Positions 53,876 to 63,917 of a stretch of 64,000 bases of DNA are shown piece by piece. Position 1 is the stretch's first letter, and every line of letters starts with the position of its first letter. This DNA is from Pseudomonadota bacterium (GTDB taxonomy: Bacteria > Pseudomonadota > Gammaproteobacteria > Steroidobacterales > Steroidobacteraceae): the NCBI GenBank assembly GCA_021816775.1, contig JAKAXA010000002.1:121113-185112 (forward strand), written 5' to 3'. Below the pieces are notes generated by a model. That model did not search any database. It worked only from the letters and a program-made list of their open reading frames with translations, and was not told where the DNA came from. A program made the translations under genes and the position numbers.

Positions 53876-56608
53876 ATGAACGACAGCGCTGCCTCACGGC
53901 TCGTCCCGACCTACTGCTATAACTGCGTGGCCGGCCCAGATCTGCTCTCGGTCAAGGTCGCCGGTGGCATTGCGCTCGATATCGGCCCCAATTTTGCCGC
54001 CGCGGGCATCCACCCGGGCGGCGGCAAGCCGTGCGTCAAGGCGTACGGACTCATTCAAAAGACCTATCACCCCGGCCGGATCCTGACACCCATGCGCCGC
54101 ACCAATCCGCGCAAGGGCCGCAACGAGGACCCCGGTTTCGTGCCGATCTCCTGGGACGAGGCACTCGATATCGTCGCGGGGAAGCTTGCCTCGATCCGCG
54201 CGCGCGGCCTCACCGACGAGTCCGGCATGCCGCGGGTCGCGGTGACTTTCGGCCATGGCGGCACGCCGACGAATTACATGGGATCCTTTCCCGCCTTCCT
54301 GGCGGCGTTCGGGCCGGTGGACTTCAGCTTCGGATCGGGTCAGGGCGTCAAGTGCGTGCACTCCGAGCACTTGTACGGGGAGTACTGGCACCGTGCGTTT
54401 ACGGTGTCCGCCGATACACCCCTCACCGATTACATCGTCTCCTTCGGCGCGAACCACGAGGTCACCGGCGGAGTCAGCGCGGCCGCCCGGCACGCTGCGG
54501 CGCGGGCGCGCGGCGCAAGGCGCATTCAGATCGAGCCGCATCTGTCGATCTCCGGGGCTGCCTCCGCCGAGTGGATCCCGATCAAGCCGAAGACCGACCC
54601 GGCGTTCATGTTCGCGATGATCCACGTGCTGTTGCACGAGCATCCGCGATCGCGGCTCGATACGGGCTTCCTCTCCGAGATGACCTCCTCTGCCTACCTG
54701 GTCGGGCCGCACGGGTACTATCTGCGCGATCCAGTGACGCTGAAGCCCCTTCTTTGGGACGTACGGCTCGGCGCCGCCGTGCCTTTCGATGCGCTCGGGG
54801 CGCAGCCGCTCCTCGAGGGCAGCGTGCAGGTCGCGGCCGGCCTCGAGATCGGCCCGGACGAGCAGCGCTGGTCCCACTGCGACGTCCCGGCCCAAACCGC
54901 GTTCACCCATCTTGTCGGACACATGCGCCAGTACACGCCGGAGTGGGCCGCGCAGATCTGCGACGTCCCGGCCGCCAGGATCCGCGGCGTAGCGAACGAA
55001 TACCTGAGTCACGCCAGGGTCGGGGAGACGATCCAGATCGAGGGGCAGACGTTGCCCTTCCGGCCGGTCGCCGTGACCCTCGGCAAGACAGTAAACAACG
55101 GGTGGGGCGCCTACGAATGCGTGTGGTCGCGCACCGTGCTCGCAGTGCTGGTCGGAGCTCTGGAGGTGCCGGGCGGCACGCTCGGAACCACGGTTCGCAT
55201 CAACAAGTTCCACGACGATCGTCACAAGAGCGTCGTTCCCGGAGACGACGGCTTCATGCAGCATACGCTCAACCCGACCGATCGCGGGCACTGGCAGAAG
55301 ACTCCACAGGTGCGCAGCGGCCATCGGACGCTCGTGCCGCTGTCGGGCAACAACGGCGCGTGGAGCCAGGCACTGGGACCGACTCATCTGTCCTGGCTCT
55401 TCCAGACCCACGTCGCGCAGAACTGGCCGCAGGCTACCCGGCCTGAGGTCTGGATCGCATACCGCACCAATCCCGCGATCTCCTTCTGGGACTCGCAGGC
55501 GATCGTCGAGACCGTGGCTTCCTTCCCCTTCACGGTCTGCTTCGCGTACACGCCGGATGAAACCAATCACATGGCCGACATCCTGCTGCCGGAGGCCACC
55601 GACCTCGAGAGCACCCAGCTCATCCGTGTCGGCCGCACCAAGTACATGGAGCAGTTCTGGCACCACCAGGGCTTCGCGCTGCGTCAGACCGTGGTGGCGC
55701 CGCGTGGCGAAGCGCGCGACTTCACCTGGATCTCGACCGAGCTCGCCCGGCGCACGGGTGTGCTCGAGGCCTACAATGCGGCCATCAATCGCGGCTCGTG
55801 CGGCGTGCCATTGAAGGGCCCGGCATGGGATTTCTCGCTCGCCACCGACAAGGCGCACACGGTGGATGAGATCTGGAGCGCGGTCTGTCGCGCCGCAAGC
55901 GCGGAATTGACCGGCGGCGAGGAGATCCATGATCTCGAGTGGTTCAAGACACATGGATTCATCACCCGGCCGTTCCCTCAGGGCTCGTGGTACCTCTATC
56001 CGACATTGAAGCGGCTGGGGCTGCGCTTCGAGCTACCGTACCAGGAGCGGCTGATGCGCTCGGGCGAGGAGCTCACTCATCGGCTCCACGAGAGCGGCAT
56101 CCACTGGTGGGACCGACAGCTGTCCGAGTACGGCGGGCTGCCCGTGTGGCACGACTTTCCGAAAATCTGGGAACAGAATCTCAAGGATCGCGGCTATCGC
56201 CCCGAGGATTATCCGTTCTGGCTGATCACGACCAAGAGCATGCAGTACCATGCCGGCGGCAACACGATGATCCAGCTGATGGACGAGCTCGCGCAGAACG
56301 TGCGCGGCCATCGGGGTGTGATCATCAACGCCACTGCGGCGGAGCGACTCGGTATCGAGGACGGCGACCTGGTCGAGGTGCGCTCTCCGACCGGCGTGAC
56401 CTGCGGTCCTGCGATCGTGGCTCAAGGGGTGCGACCCGACACCCTGGTCATCGTCGGCCAGTTCGACCACTGGGCGACACCGTACGCGAAGGAGCTACAT
56501 GCGCCAAGCCTGAACACCGTCGCCCCGATGTCGCTCGATCTGACCGATGCGACCGGGTCCGGCGCCGATCTGGTGCGGGTCGCACTGCGCCGGGTGTCGG
56601 CTCCTTAG
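53876..56608 (+). CDS. padB: Mo-bisPGD catalytic subunit, phenylacetyl-CoA:acceptor oxidoreductase PadB-like
   Basis: 910 aa, DMSO-reductase-family architecture, no Tat signal, N-terminal CYNC...C remnant. Size matches the 93-kDa PadB subunit as I recall it. Context: paaK, PadEFGHI-type and PadC/D-like genes. The SoeA-like alternative cannot be excluded without a search. Confidence 0.65.
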   Translation: MNDSAASRLVPTYCYNCVAGPDLLSVKVAGGIALDIGPNFAAAGIHPGGGKPCVKAYGLIQKTYHPGRILTPMRRTNPRKGRNEDPGFVPISWDEALDIVAGKLASIRARGLTDESGMPRVAVTFGHGGTPTNYMGSFPAFLAAFGPVDFSFGSGQGVKCVHSEHLYGEYWHRAFTVSADTPLTDYIVSFGANHEVTGGVSAAARHAAARARGARRIQIEPHLSISGAASAEWIPIKPKTDPAFMFAMIHVLLHEHPRSRLDTGFLSEMTSSAYLVGPHGYYLRDPVTLKPLLWDVRLGAAVPFDALGAQPLLEGSVQVAAGLEIGPDEQRWSHCDVPAQTAFTHLVGHMRQYTPEWAAQICDVPAARIRGVANEYLSHARVGETIQIEGQTLPFRPVAVTLGKTVNNGWGAYECVWSRTVLAVLVGALEVPGGTLGTTVRINKFHDDRHKSVVPGDDGFMQHTLNPTDRGHWQKTPQVRSGHRTLVPLSGNNGAWSQALGPTHLSWLFQTHVAQNWPQATRPEVWIAYRTNPAISFWDSQAIVETVASFPFTVCFAYTPDETNHMADILLPEATDLESTQLIRVGRTKYMEQFWHHQGFALRQTVVAPRGEARDFTWISTELARRTGVLEAYNAAINRGSCGVPLKGPAWDFSLATDKAHTVDEIWSAVCRAASAELTGGEEIHDLEWFKTHGFITRPFPQGSWYLYPTLKRLGLRFELPYQERLMRSGEELTHRLHESGIHWWDRQLSEYGGLPVWHDFPKIWEQNLKDRGYRPEDYPFWLITTKSMQYHAGGNTMIQLMDELAQNVRGHRGVIINATAAERLGIEDGDLVEVRSPTGVTCGPAIVAQGVRPDTLVIVGQFDHWATPYAKELHAPSLNTVAPMSLDLTDATGSGADLVRVALRRVSAP

Positions 56609-56619
56609 CGCGATACCGC

Positions 56620-57483
56620 TCACCCCTCGGGGCGCGTACCCGGCGCGACCTGCCCGCCCCGCGCCACGGTCACGGGCACGGCGTACGGCTGCTCGTACGA
56701 CCAGCGAATCACCAGCGAGTATTTGAGAATCCAGCCCGAGCCCGCGGCGATCACGGCCGAAGCCGCCACCAGCGGCGCGATGCGGGGGTCGGCCGTCGCG
56801 AGGATCGCCACTGCGATCGCCAGAACGTCCACGGCGCCCGACACGCGGCCGAATCTCGACAACTCCCGCAGTGCGCGGCCCGGCACCGCCATCTTCGGCA
56901 GCGCCCGCCGATAGCTCCAAAATGCGAGCGCTCGCGCCGACAGCAGCGCCGTCAGGAGCACCATCGGCCACAGGGGTGGCGCCATCAGACCCCAAAACCC
57001 GCCGGCGAGCACCCCAAGACCGGCGCCCTCCGCAAGTCCACTCGCCACCAGCAATGGCACGCTGCGCGGATTGCGCCACGCCGGAATACCACGCCCGGCA
57101 TTGAGCATGCGGGCCTGACAATAAACGTAAGCGATGGCGAGCGCTGCCGCGAGCCAGCGCAGTGCGGGCGAATCGAGCCACGCCGCGCCCAGAGCACTGG
57201 CGAACAGCAGCGGCGCCACGGTCGCCTCGCGCGACATCCACGAGGTCGCGCTGTGGCGATAGGCGTTCAGCGCCCGCCACGGCCTGCCGATCTCGAACCA
57301 GACGCACAGCAGGCCCGCGCCGATCAGCGCCGCTCCCAGCAGCCCGAGCACTCGCTCGCCGCAGACGGCCGCATAGACCAGTACGCCCGCTCCCGAGCCG
57401 CCGAGCATGAAGTTACTCGCCGCGCGCCAATCCCAGTAGGGCTGGCGACCGAGGGCGGCGTGTGTCGGAAACGCGCCGCTCAC
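56620..57483 (-). CDS. padD: DmsC/NrfD-like membrane anchor subunit (PadD-like)
   Basis: 287 aa with about 8 hydrophobic helices. 4-nt overlap with the padC-like stop. Confidence 0.65.
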   Translation of the reverse strand: MSGAFPTHAALGRQPYWDWRAASNFMLGGSGAGVLVYAAVCGERVLGLLGAALIGAGLLCVWFEIGRPWRALNAYRHSATSWMSREATVAPLLFASALGAAWLDSPALRWLAAALAIAYVYCQARMLNAGRGIPAWRNPRSVPLLVASGLAEGAGLGVLAGGFWGLMAPPLWPMVLLTALLSARALAFWSYRRALPKMAVPGRALRELSRFGRVSGAVDVLAIAVAILATADPRIAPLVAASAVIAAGSGWILKYSLVIRWSYEQPYAVPVTVARGGQVAPGTRPEG

Positions 57484-58136
57484 GTCCGATCCCCTTCGGC
57501 ATAAAGATAGTACACACCGGGGTCGGTGCCGAGTTCCTCGTGCATGCGAAAGTGCCGGTTCTGCTCGAGGAGCCGCGAGACGTTGCTCGTCGGATCGTCA
57601 CGATCCCCGAAATGCAGCGCGCCGGCGATGCAGGAGTTGACGCAGGCCGGAGTGACCTCCGGATCGACGCCCGGCACACGGCCGGTGTGACGCGCGAGGT
57701 CGATGCGGTCGCTGCAGAAGGTGCACTTGCTCGACACGCCAAGGCGGGCGGAATCGAACTTGTACGCCTCCTCCGGGGTCGGCTCGCTCCCATAGGCGAA
57801 GCTCTGCCGCGTTACCCTGAAGCGCTGGTGATAGGGACAGGCCGTAGCGCAATACGCGCACCCGATGCACAGGTCGTAACGGATCCCGACGCGCCCGTCC
57901 TCGTGCTTGAACGTTGCGCCGGTGGGGCATGCCGCCAGGCACGGAGGATTACCGCAGTGCATGCAGCTGACCGGCAAAAAAGTGCGCCGTACGTCAGGAT
58001 AGCTGCCGGTCTCCAGGTCGAGCACGCGCCGCCACTGCACCCCGGGCGGGGTACCGTTCGCGACCTTGCAGGCGGCCGTGCACGTCTGGCAGCCGATGCA
58101 GCGCCTCAGGTCGACCACCATGACATAACGGGTCAT
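57480..58136 (-). CDS. padC: DmsB-type 4x[4Fe-4S] subunit (PadC-like)
   Basis: ORF trimmed to ATG 58136. MVVDLRRCIGCQTCTAACK, CMHCGNPPCLAACP, CIGCAYCATACP, CTFCSDRI. No Tat signal. Confidence 0.7.
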   Translation of the reverse strand: MTRYVMVVDLRRCIGCQTCTAACKVANGTPPGVQWRRVLDLETGSYPDVRRTFLPVSCMHCGNPPCLAACPTGATFKHEDGRVGIRYDLCIGCAYCATACPYHQRFRVTRQSFAYGSEPTPEEAYKFDSARLGVSSKCTFCSDRIDLARHTGRVPGVDPEVTPACVNSCIAGALHFGDRDDPTSNVSRLLEQNRHFRMHEELGTDPGVYYLYAEGDRT

Positions 58137-58152
58137 CCGAACACCGCGCCTC

Positions 58153-58560
58153 CTACAGACTTGCGGCGGCTGCTTTCTTCGCGGCGACGCGCGCGCGCAG
58201 CTTCTCCACACTCACGACGACCCGCGAGTGCTCGCCCGAGGAGATCGCCTCGGCGCCGTCGCGCGCAGACAGCGCGAATTTCACCGCCCGACCGTTGATT
58301 TCCGTGACCTGCACGGTGATCTCGACCGGCATGCCCGCAAGTGTGGCGCCGGTGTGGGTGATGTTGATCCCGGTGCCCACGGAATCCTCCCCGGCATCGC
58401 AATGCTCGAGGATCAGCTCGCGGCAGGTGATCTCGAAGTCGCGCACGAGCTCCGGAGTGGCGTACACGCGCAACTCCTCGCCCAGAAAGTCGATCGTCCG
58501 CGGGCGATCCACCGTCAGTTTGCGTACCGTGGAAATCCCGGGGACGAGTGTGCTCTTCAT
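58153..58560 (-). CDS. Hot-dog-fold acyl-CoA thioesterase
   Basis: ORF trimmed to ATG 58560 (GGAGGA 7 nt upstream). About 135 aa. TPELVRDFEITCRELILEH...GTGINITHTGATLAGMPV is a pattern of small hot-dog thioesterases (FlK-like, from memory). Confidence 0.6.
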   Translation of the reverse strand: MKSTLVPGISTVRKLTVDRPRTIDFLGEELRVYATPELVRDFEITCRELILEHCDAGEDSVGTGINITHTGATLAGMPVEITVQVTEINGRAVKFALSARDGAEAISSGEHSRVVVSVEKLRARVAAKKAAAASL

Positions 58561-58625
58561 ATCGATTCCTCCCGGCATGGCCCGCGACCGCGCCGCGGGG
58601 CGATACTGCCAGATGACGTATTCTC

Positions 58626-58650
58626 GTACTATAATACCACTATAATACCA
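58626..58650. promoter_or_regulatory. Tandem operator-like motifs GTACTATAATACC / ACTATAATACCA
   Basis: CTATAATACCA occurs twice in direct succession (58629-58639 and 58640-58650). 65-90 nt upstream of the thioesterase-padCD unit. Confidence 0.55.
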
Positions 58651-58895
58651 TCATTGTCCCGGGCCGGACAGCACCGCGCGCCTGCAGGGATCCGTGTCAT
58701 CCGACTCGGTCGCCTGAGCGAGCCGGCACCTGCGGCGCTGCGCATTTCAATCCGCGGCAGCACCCGAATCCGGGCACCTGCCCTCGGCCGTCGAGCCGCG
58801 CGGGCACCGGGCAAGCGTGCGGTGATCGGCCCGCACCCGGTGGCGAGCAGGCCCCGTGAGCGATGCGGATGCAGCCTCATGGCGAATGACGCTCG

Positions 58896-60128
58896 TCAAA
58901 ACGCCGCCAGCCCGGTCTGGGCTCGACCGAGGATCAGCGCATGAATGTCATGGGTGCCTTCGTAAGTGTTGACCGTCTCGAGGTTCTGCGCGTGACGCAT
59001 GACCTGATAGCCGATCTGGATGCCGTTGCCCCCATGCATGTCGCGCGCGAGGCGGGCGATCTCGAGCGCCTTGCCGCAGTTGCTGCGCTTGACGAGCGAG
59101 ACCATCTCGGGGGTCGCCCGCCCGGCATCGAACAGCCGTCCGACCCGCAGCGCCGCCTGCAGCCCGAGAGCGATGTCCGTCTGCATGTCGGCGAGCTTCT
59201 TCTGGAACAATTGCGTCTGCGCGAGCGGCCGCCCGAACTGGCGCCGCTCGAGCCCGTAGGCCCGCGCGCGCTGCCAGCAGTCTTCGGCCGCCCCCATGGC
59301 GCCCCAGGCAATACCGTAACGGGCGCGGTTCAAGCACCCAAACGGACCCTTCAGGCCAGACACCCGCGGCAGCAGAGCGCTCTCGGGCACCTCGACGTCC
59401 TCCATCACGATCTCGCCCGTGACGGAAGCGCGCAGCGACAGCTTGCCTTCGATGCGCGGCGCCCGCAGCCCATTCATCCCCTTCTCGAGCACGAAACCTC
59501 GAACCTCGCCCCCGTGCGCGGCCGACCTGGCCCAGACCACGAACACATCCGCGATCGGGCTGTTGGAGATCCAGGTCTTCACGCCGGTCAGCCGGTAGCC
59601 GCCGCCGGTGCGCTCGGCGCGCGTGCGCATGCCGGCGGGGTCGGAGCCCGCCGCGGGCTCGGTGAGTCCGAAGCACCCGATCCACTCCCCGCTGGCGAGC
59701 TTCGGCAGATAGCGCTGCCGCTGTTCCTCCGAGCCGTAGGCGAAGATCGGGTACATCACGAGCGAGGACTGCACACTCATCATCGAGCGGTAGCCCGAGT
59801 CCACGCGCTCAACCTCCCGCGTCACCAGGCCATAGGCCACATAGGACGCACCCGCCCCGCCGTACTCGACCGGGACGGTGATGCCGAGGAGCCCAAGCGA
59901 GCCGAACTCGCGGAACAGCCCCGGATCGGTGCGCTCGTGCTCATAGGCCTCGGTGATGCGCGGCAGCAGCTGCTCCTGCGCGAAGGCGCGGGTCGCATCG
60001 CGGATCAACCGCTCCTCCTCGGTCAACTGCTCCTCGAGCCGCAGCGGGTCGCTCCAGTCGAACAAGGGGGCCTCGCAAGCGGGGCTCGCGGCCGCAGGTT
60101 GCTCCAGCGGGTCGGTGGCGCCGCTCAA
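58896..60128 (-). CDS. gcdH: Glutaryl-CoA dehydrogenase
   Basis: [67 protein letters not shown]. The TTG start overlaps the korB stop. Confidence 0.85.
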   Translation of the reverse strand: MSGATDPLEQPAAASPACEAPLFDWSDPLRLEEQLTEEERLIRDATRAFAQEQLLPRITEAYEHERTDPGLFREFGSLGLLGITVPVEYGGAGASYVAYGLVTREVERVDSGYRSMMSVQSSLVMYPIFAYGSEEQRQRYLPKLASGEWIGCFGLTEPAAGSDPAGMRTRAERTGGGYRLTGVKTWISNSPIADVFVVWARSAAHGGEVRGFVLEKGMNGLRAPRIEGKLSLRASVTGEIVMEDVEVPESALLPRVSGLKGPFGCLNRARYGIAWGAMGAAEDCWQRARAYGLERRQFGRPLAQTQLFQKKLADMQTDIALGLQAALRVGRLFDAGRATPEMVSLVKRSNCGKALEIARLARDMHGGNGIQIGYQVMRHAQNLETVNTYEGTHDIHALILGRAQTGLAAF

Positions 60129-60958
60129 AACTCGAACTCCGACTCGAACTGCGCAAGATCATGGACGACCGCAGCGGCTCGCGGTCCATACGGCGCCCGA
60201 TTTCCCCGATAGAGCACGCCGATATTGAAGCCATCGTCCGTCATCAGGCGCCGCGCCGCGCGCGCCGGATCGTCCGTGGCCTCGACCGGCGGCGGATGCA
60301 CACGCTCCTTCCACGCCTTCTGGTCCGGGCGGTATGTGACACAGGGACTCAGCACTTCGACGAACGAAAACCCCGGATGCCGGATCGCATCGGCGATCAG
60401 CGCGCCGGCCTGCTGCGGGTTGCCGGCAAATGCACGGGCCACGTAGTTGGCTCCCGAAGCCAGCGCGATGACCAGAGGGTTGAACGGGCGAAGGCCCGTT
60501 CCCCCTGGCGCGAGCGCCGTGTCGAAATCCGGCTCGGTGGTCGGCGAGGGCTGTCCCTTGGTCATGCCGTAGATGCGGTTGTCCATGACGATGTATGTGA
60601 TATCCACGTTGCGGCGGCACGCGTGGATGAAGTGGTTGCCGCCGATCGAGTAGCCGTCGCCATCGCCGCTTGCCACGACGACCGTCAGGTCGGGCCGCGC
60701 GATCTTCACGCCCGCCGCAACGGCCAACGAGCGGCCATGGATGCCATGAAATCCATAACAGCTCATGTAGGCGGGGATGCGCGATGAGCAGCCGATGCCC
60801 GAGACGAGGACAATCTCCTGCGCCGGTCGCCCGAGCTCGGCCAAGGCACGTGTAAAGGCGAGCAGCACGTGGTAGTCGCCGCAGCCCGGGCACCAGATCG
60901 GCTTGACGTCGGATTTGTAGTCGCCAGGCTTGCAGGCCGGTGTGATGGTGGCGTTCAT
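60125..60958 (-). CDS. korB: 2-oxoglutarate:ferredoxin oxidoreductase beta subunit
   Basis: [11 protein letters not shown] and TPP motif [15 protein letters not shown]. 277 aa. Confidence 0.85.
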   Translation of the reverse strand: MNATITPACKPGDYKSDVKPIWCPGCGDYHVLLAFTRALAELGRPAQEIVLVSGIGCSSRIPAYMSCYGFHGIHGRSLAVAAGVKIARPDLTVVVASGDGDGYSIGGNHFIHACRRNVDITYIVMDNRIYGMTKGQPSPTTEPDFDTALAPGGTGLRPFNPLVIALASGANYVARAFAGNPQQAGALIADAIRHPGFSFVEVLSPCVTYRPDQKAWKERVHPPPVEATDDPARAARRLMTDDGFNIGVLYRGNRAPYGPRAAAVVHDLAQFESEFEF

Positions 60959-62688
60959 GCAGCTCTCTCGGCAAGCAATGCGTCGCAGATCTCCGTGGGG
61001 CGGATCGTCAGCGGCCCCGGCCGCTGCAGGACGCGGGTATCGGCCGGCAAGTCATAGTGGGCCCGCAGGTATTTGTGGAACTGCGCTCCGTGCGATTGTT
61101 CGACGACTACGACGCGCCGCACGCCGGCCAGAGCCGCGCGCATCGCGGCCGGCCGCGCCGGCGCGAGCAGCCGTGGGGCGATGAGGCGGGCGCGCACGCC
61201 GCGATTGGCGGCAAGCGTCAGCGCCTCGCGTGCGACGCCGGTCAGCGAGCCCCAGGTCAGAACCGCAGTGTCACCCTCGCCCTCCAGGGTCGCCCACAGC
61301 TGGCCGTAGTCATACTGTTCGAGCTTGTCGCGGCGCTTGTCGAGCTGCGCCGCGTGATCGTGCGCGCTGCTGGTGGGGACGCCGCGCTCAGTGTGCGTCA
61401 GACCATCGGCGGTGTACTGGCCGCCGGCGGTGCCGGGAATCGCCATCGGCGAGACACCGGTGCCCGTGAGAGCGTAGCGCCTGTAGGCGCCGCCGGCAGG
61501 CTCGGCCCGCAAGCGCCTGCCGACGAAAGCAATGTCCGCCGGGCGCGCGATCGCCCCCTGTGCCTGGCCGAGGAATTGGTCCGAGAGCACGATGACCGGA
61601 GTCTGGAGCGCTTCGGCCAGGAACGCTGCCCACTGGGTCGAAAGCAGGCAGTCAGGGATCGTTTGCGGCGCGATGACCAGGTGCGGCGCATCGCCGTGCA
61701 GGCCGTACACGGCGATATTGAGGTCCGCCTGCTCGGACTTGGTCGGGATTCCGGTTGAGGGGCCGCCCCGCATGACGTCGACGACGACGATGGGCACCTC
61801 CGCCGCCGTCGCCAGGCCGATCGACTCGACCATCAGCGAAAGACCCGGGCCCGAGGTCGCGGTGAGGGAGGGTGTGCCGCCATACGAGGCGCCAATGATC
61901 ATGTTCACCGAGGCGAGCTCATCTTCGGCCTGAACGAGCGAGCCGCCGACTTGCGCAAGCTTCGGCGCGAGCCATTCGAGAATCTCGGAGGCGGGAGTGA
62001 TCGGATAGGCGGCCGCGAAGCGAACGCCGCCGCGCAGCGCCCCGAGCCCGACCGCCTCATTGCCCGTGATCAACCAACGCTTGCCGTGATTGGCCTGCGC
62101 AGGAGGCGGTGAGCGCGCGAGCGCAAACCCGGCAACCGCCTCGGCGCCGGCGCGTCTTGCGGCCAGGTTCGCCGCCATTGCCGCTTCGCCCTTGTGGCCA
62201 AAGCGATCATCGATCACGCGCTCGAGAACCTCATCCGGGATGGCGAGCAGCCGTGCCGCGGCGCCGAGCGCAATCATGTTGGCCCGCCACTCGGGGTGGA
62301 GTTTGCACAACTCGGCGCAGCGCAAATCCCCCCGGCGCGCGCTCGAGGGCACCATTGCGGCCGGTGCCGCCCCTCCTGAGGGATCGCCAATGACCAGCGC
62401 ATCGGGATGCAGCGCAATCTCGCTGCCGAAGCGATCGGCATTGTGCCAGTCAATGGCGAGCAGCAGGTCGAAACCGCCGCTGTGGCACTCGACGGGCTGC
62501 GCCGAGAGGCGCAGCAGTGCCGCGGCCTCCCCGCCCCGGATCTGCGGTCCCACGGACCGTGTCAGCAGTCCGTTCCAGCCAGCCCGGCAGAGTGCCTCGA
62601 GCAGCAGTTGGCCGGTGGTCAGCACCCCCGCCCCGCCGCTGCCGAGCAACGCAACGGACACGCTCACCGGGTCATCGGCCATACGCAC
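60955..62688 (-). CDS. korA: 2-oxoglutarate:ferredoxin oxidoreductase alpha (fused gamma-alpha) subunit
   Basis: N-terminal gamma-like LLGSGGAGVLTTGQLL, then alpha AAYPITPASE. 577 aa. 4-nt overlap with korB. Confidence 0.85.
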   Translation of the reverse strand: MRMADDPVSVSVALLGSGGAGVLTTGQLLLEALCRAGWNGLLTRSVGPQIRGGEAAALLRLSAQPVECHSGGFDLLLAIDWHNADRFGSEIALHPDALVIGDPSGGAAPAAMVPSSARRGDLRCAELCKLHPEWRANMIALGAAARLLAIPDEVLERVIDDRFGHKGEAAMAANLAARRAGAEAVAGFALARSPPPAQANHGKRWLITGNEAVGLGALRGGVRFAAAYPITPASEILEWLAPKLAQVGGSLVQAEDELASVNMIIGASYGGTPSLTATSGPGLSLMVESIGLATAAEVPIVVVDVMRGGPSTGIPTKSEQADLNIAVYGLHGDAPHLVIAPQTIPDCLLSTQWAAFLAEALQTPVIVLSDQFLGQAQGAIARPADIAFVGRRLRAEPAGGAYRRYALTGTGVSPMAIPGTAGGQYTADGLTHTERGVPTSSAHDHAAQLDKRRDKLEQYDYGQLWATLEGEGDTAVLTWGSLTGVAREALTLAANRGVRARLIAPRLLAPARPAAMRAALAGVRRVVVVEQSHGAQFHKYLRAHYDLPADTRVLQRPGPLTIRPTEICDALLAERAA

Positions 62689-62738
62689 CCCACAACGAGT
62701 CCGGAGAAATCACCCCAGTTGACCCCATAACTGCATTT

Positions 62739-62754
62739 CAGTACCATAATACTG
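62739..62754. promoter_or_regulatory. Operator-like motif CAGTACCATAATACTG (core GTACCATAATAC)
   Basis: Read directly from the sequence. Lies in the divergent region between the korA ATG (62688, minus) and had (plus). Confidence 0.5.
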
Positions 62755-62857
62755 TAAATGGCGGGACGGGCCCTGTCAACGCGGGATGGACTGGCGAAGC
62801 GCAGGCTCTGGCGCGCCTCACTTCGCGTAACCGATGCGGCGCCTTGGGAATTGTTGC

Positions 62858-63916
62858 ATGCAAGCATTGCGCTGGATGATGGTGGAGCCGGGCAAGCCGC
62901 TCGAGCCGATGGCGTTCGAGCCGACGGCTCAAGCCGGGGAAGTGGTGATCCGCGTCGCCGGTTGCGGGGTCTGCCATACCGACCTCGGTTTCTACTACGA
63001 TCGGGTGCGTACCAATCAGTCCCCGCCCCTGTGCCTCGGGCACGAGATCAGCGGCCGCGTCGAGTCCGCCGGCTGCGGGGCCGAGAGCTGGATCGGCCGT
63101 GCGGTCATTGTCCCGGCCGTCATCCCCTGCGGACAGTGCGACTCCTGCCGACGTGGACACGCCACGATCTGCTCGAAGCAGAAGATGCCTGGCAATGATC
63201 TGCACGGAGGCTTTGCGACCCACGTCGTCGTGCCCGCGCGCGGCTTGTGCGCGGTGGATGAGACCCGCCTCAGCTCCGCGGGCCTCGATCTGGCGACGGT
63301 GAGCGTCGTCGCTGATGCCGTCACGACGCCCTATCAGGCCGTCACGCAGACCGGGATCGGCGCCGGCGACCTTGCCATCGTCAACGGCGTCGGCGGTGTC
63401 GGCGGCTACTGCGCGCAGATCGCCCGGGCCTCAGGCGCCTCTGTGGTGGCAATCGACGTCAGCGACAGCAAGCTCACCGCCCTCGGCGAGATCGCCGACC
63501 TCACGATCAACGCGCGCAATGGCAGCGTCAAGGAGATCAAGGCCTCTATCCAAGCCTTTGCGCAAGCTCACGGTCTGCGGCCGCGCTCGGAGTGGACGAT
63601 CTTCGAGTGCTCGGGCACCAAGGCGGGCCAGGAGACGGCATTTGGACTGCTCAACCATGGCGCCACGCTGGCGGTGGTCGGCTTCACGATGGACAAGGTG
63701 GAGATCCGTCTCTCGAACCTGATGGCATTCCACGCGCGCGCGCTCGGCAACTGGGGCTGCGCGCCCGAGCTGTACCCTGCCGCGCTCGCCCTCGTGCTCG
63801 ACGGGCAAGTACGCGTGGCGCCATTCATCGAGAAGCGTCCGCTCGCGCAGATCAACTCGGTCTTCGCGGCCGTGCATCGCCGCGAAATAGACAAGCGCGT
63901 CGTGCTGCAGCCCTGA
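62858..63916 (+). CDS. had: 6-hydroxycyclohex-1-ene-1-carbonyl-CoA dehydrogenase (Zn-dependent ADH family)
   Basis: [40 protein letters not shown] 62858 was chosen; ATG 62834 is an alternative. The function assignment rests on the pathway context. Confidence 0.7.
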   Translation: MQALRWMMVEPGKPLEPMAFEPTAQAGEVVIRVAGCGVCHTDLGFYYDRVRTNQSPPLCLGHEISGRVESAGCGAESWIGRAVIVPAVIPCGQCDSCRRGHATICSKQKMPGNDLHGGFATHVVVPARGLCAVDETRLSSAGLDLATVSVVADAVTTPYQAVTQTGIGAGDLAIVNGVGGVGGYCAQIARASGASVVAIDVSDSKLTALGEIADLTINARNGSVKEIKASIQAFAQAHGLRPRSEWTIFECSGTKAGQETAFGLLNHGATLAVVGFTMDKVEIRLSNLMAFHARALGNWGCAPELYPAALALVLDGQVRVAPFIEKRPLAQINSVFAAVHRREIDKRVVLQP

Positions 63917-63917
63917 T

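Noticed and set aside
53876-58136. Alternative reading of the PadBCD-like genes as a SoeABC-type cytoplasmic sulfite dehydrogenase, which would tie in with the Dsr module.
   Set aside because: The architecture is the same: a cytoplasmic Mo subunit, an Fe-S subunit and an NrfD/DmsC-like anchor. However, the genes sit inside the paaK/PadEFGHI/bcr island and share its operator motif. They are 40 kb from the dsr genes. This cannot be excluded without phylogeny.
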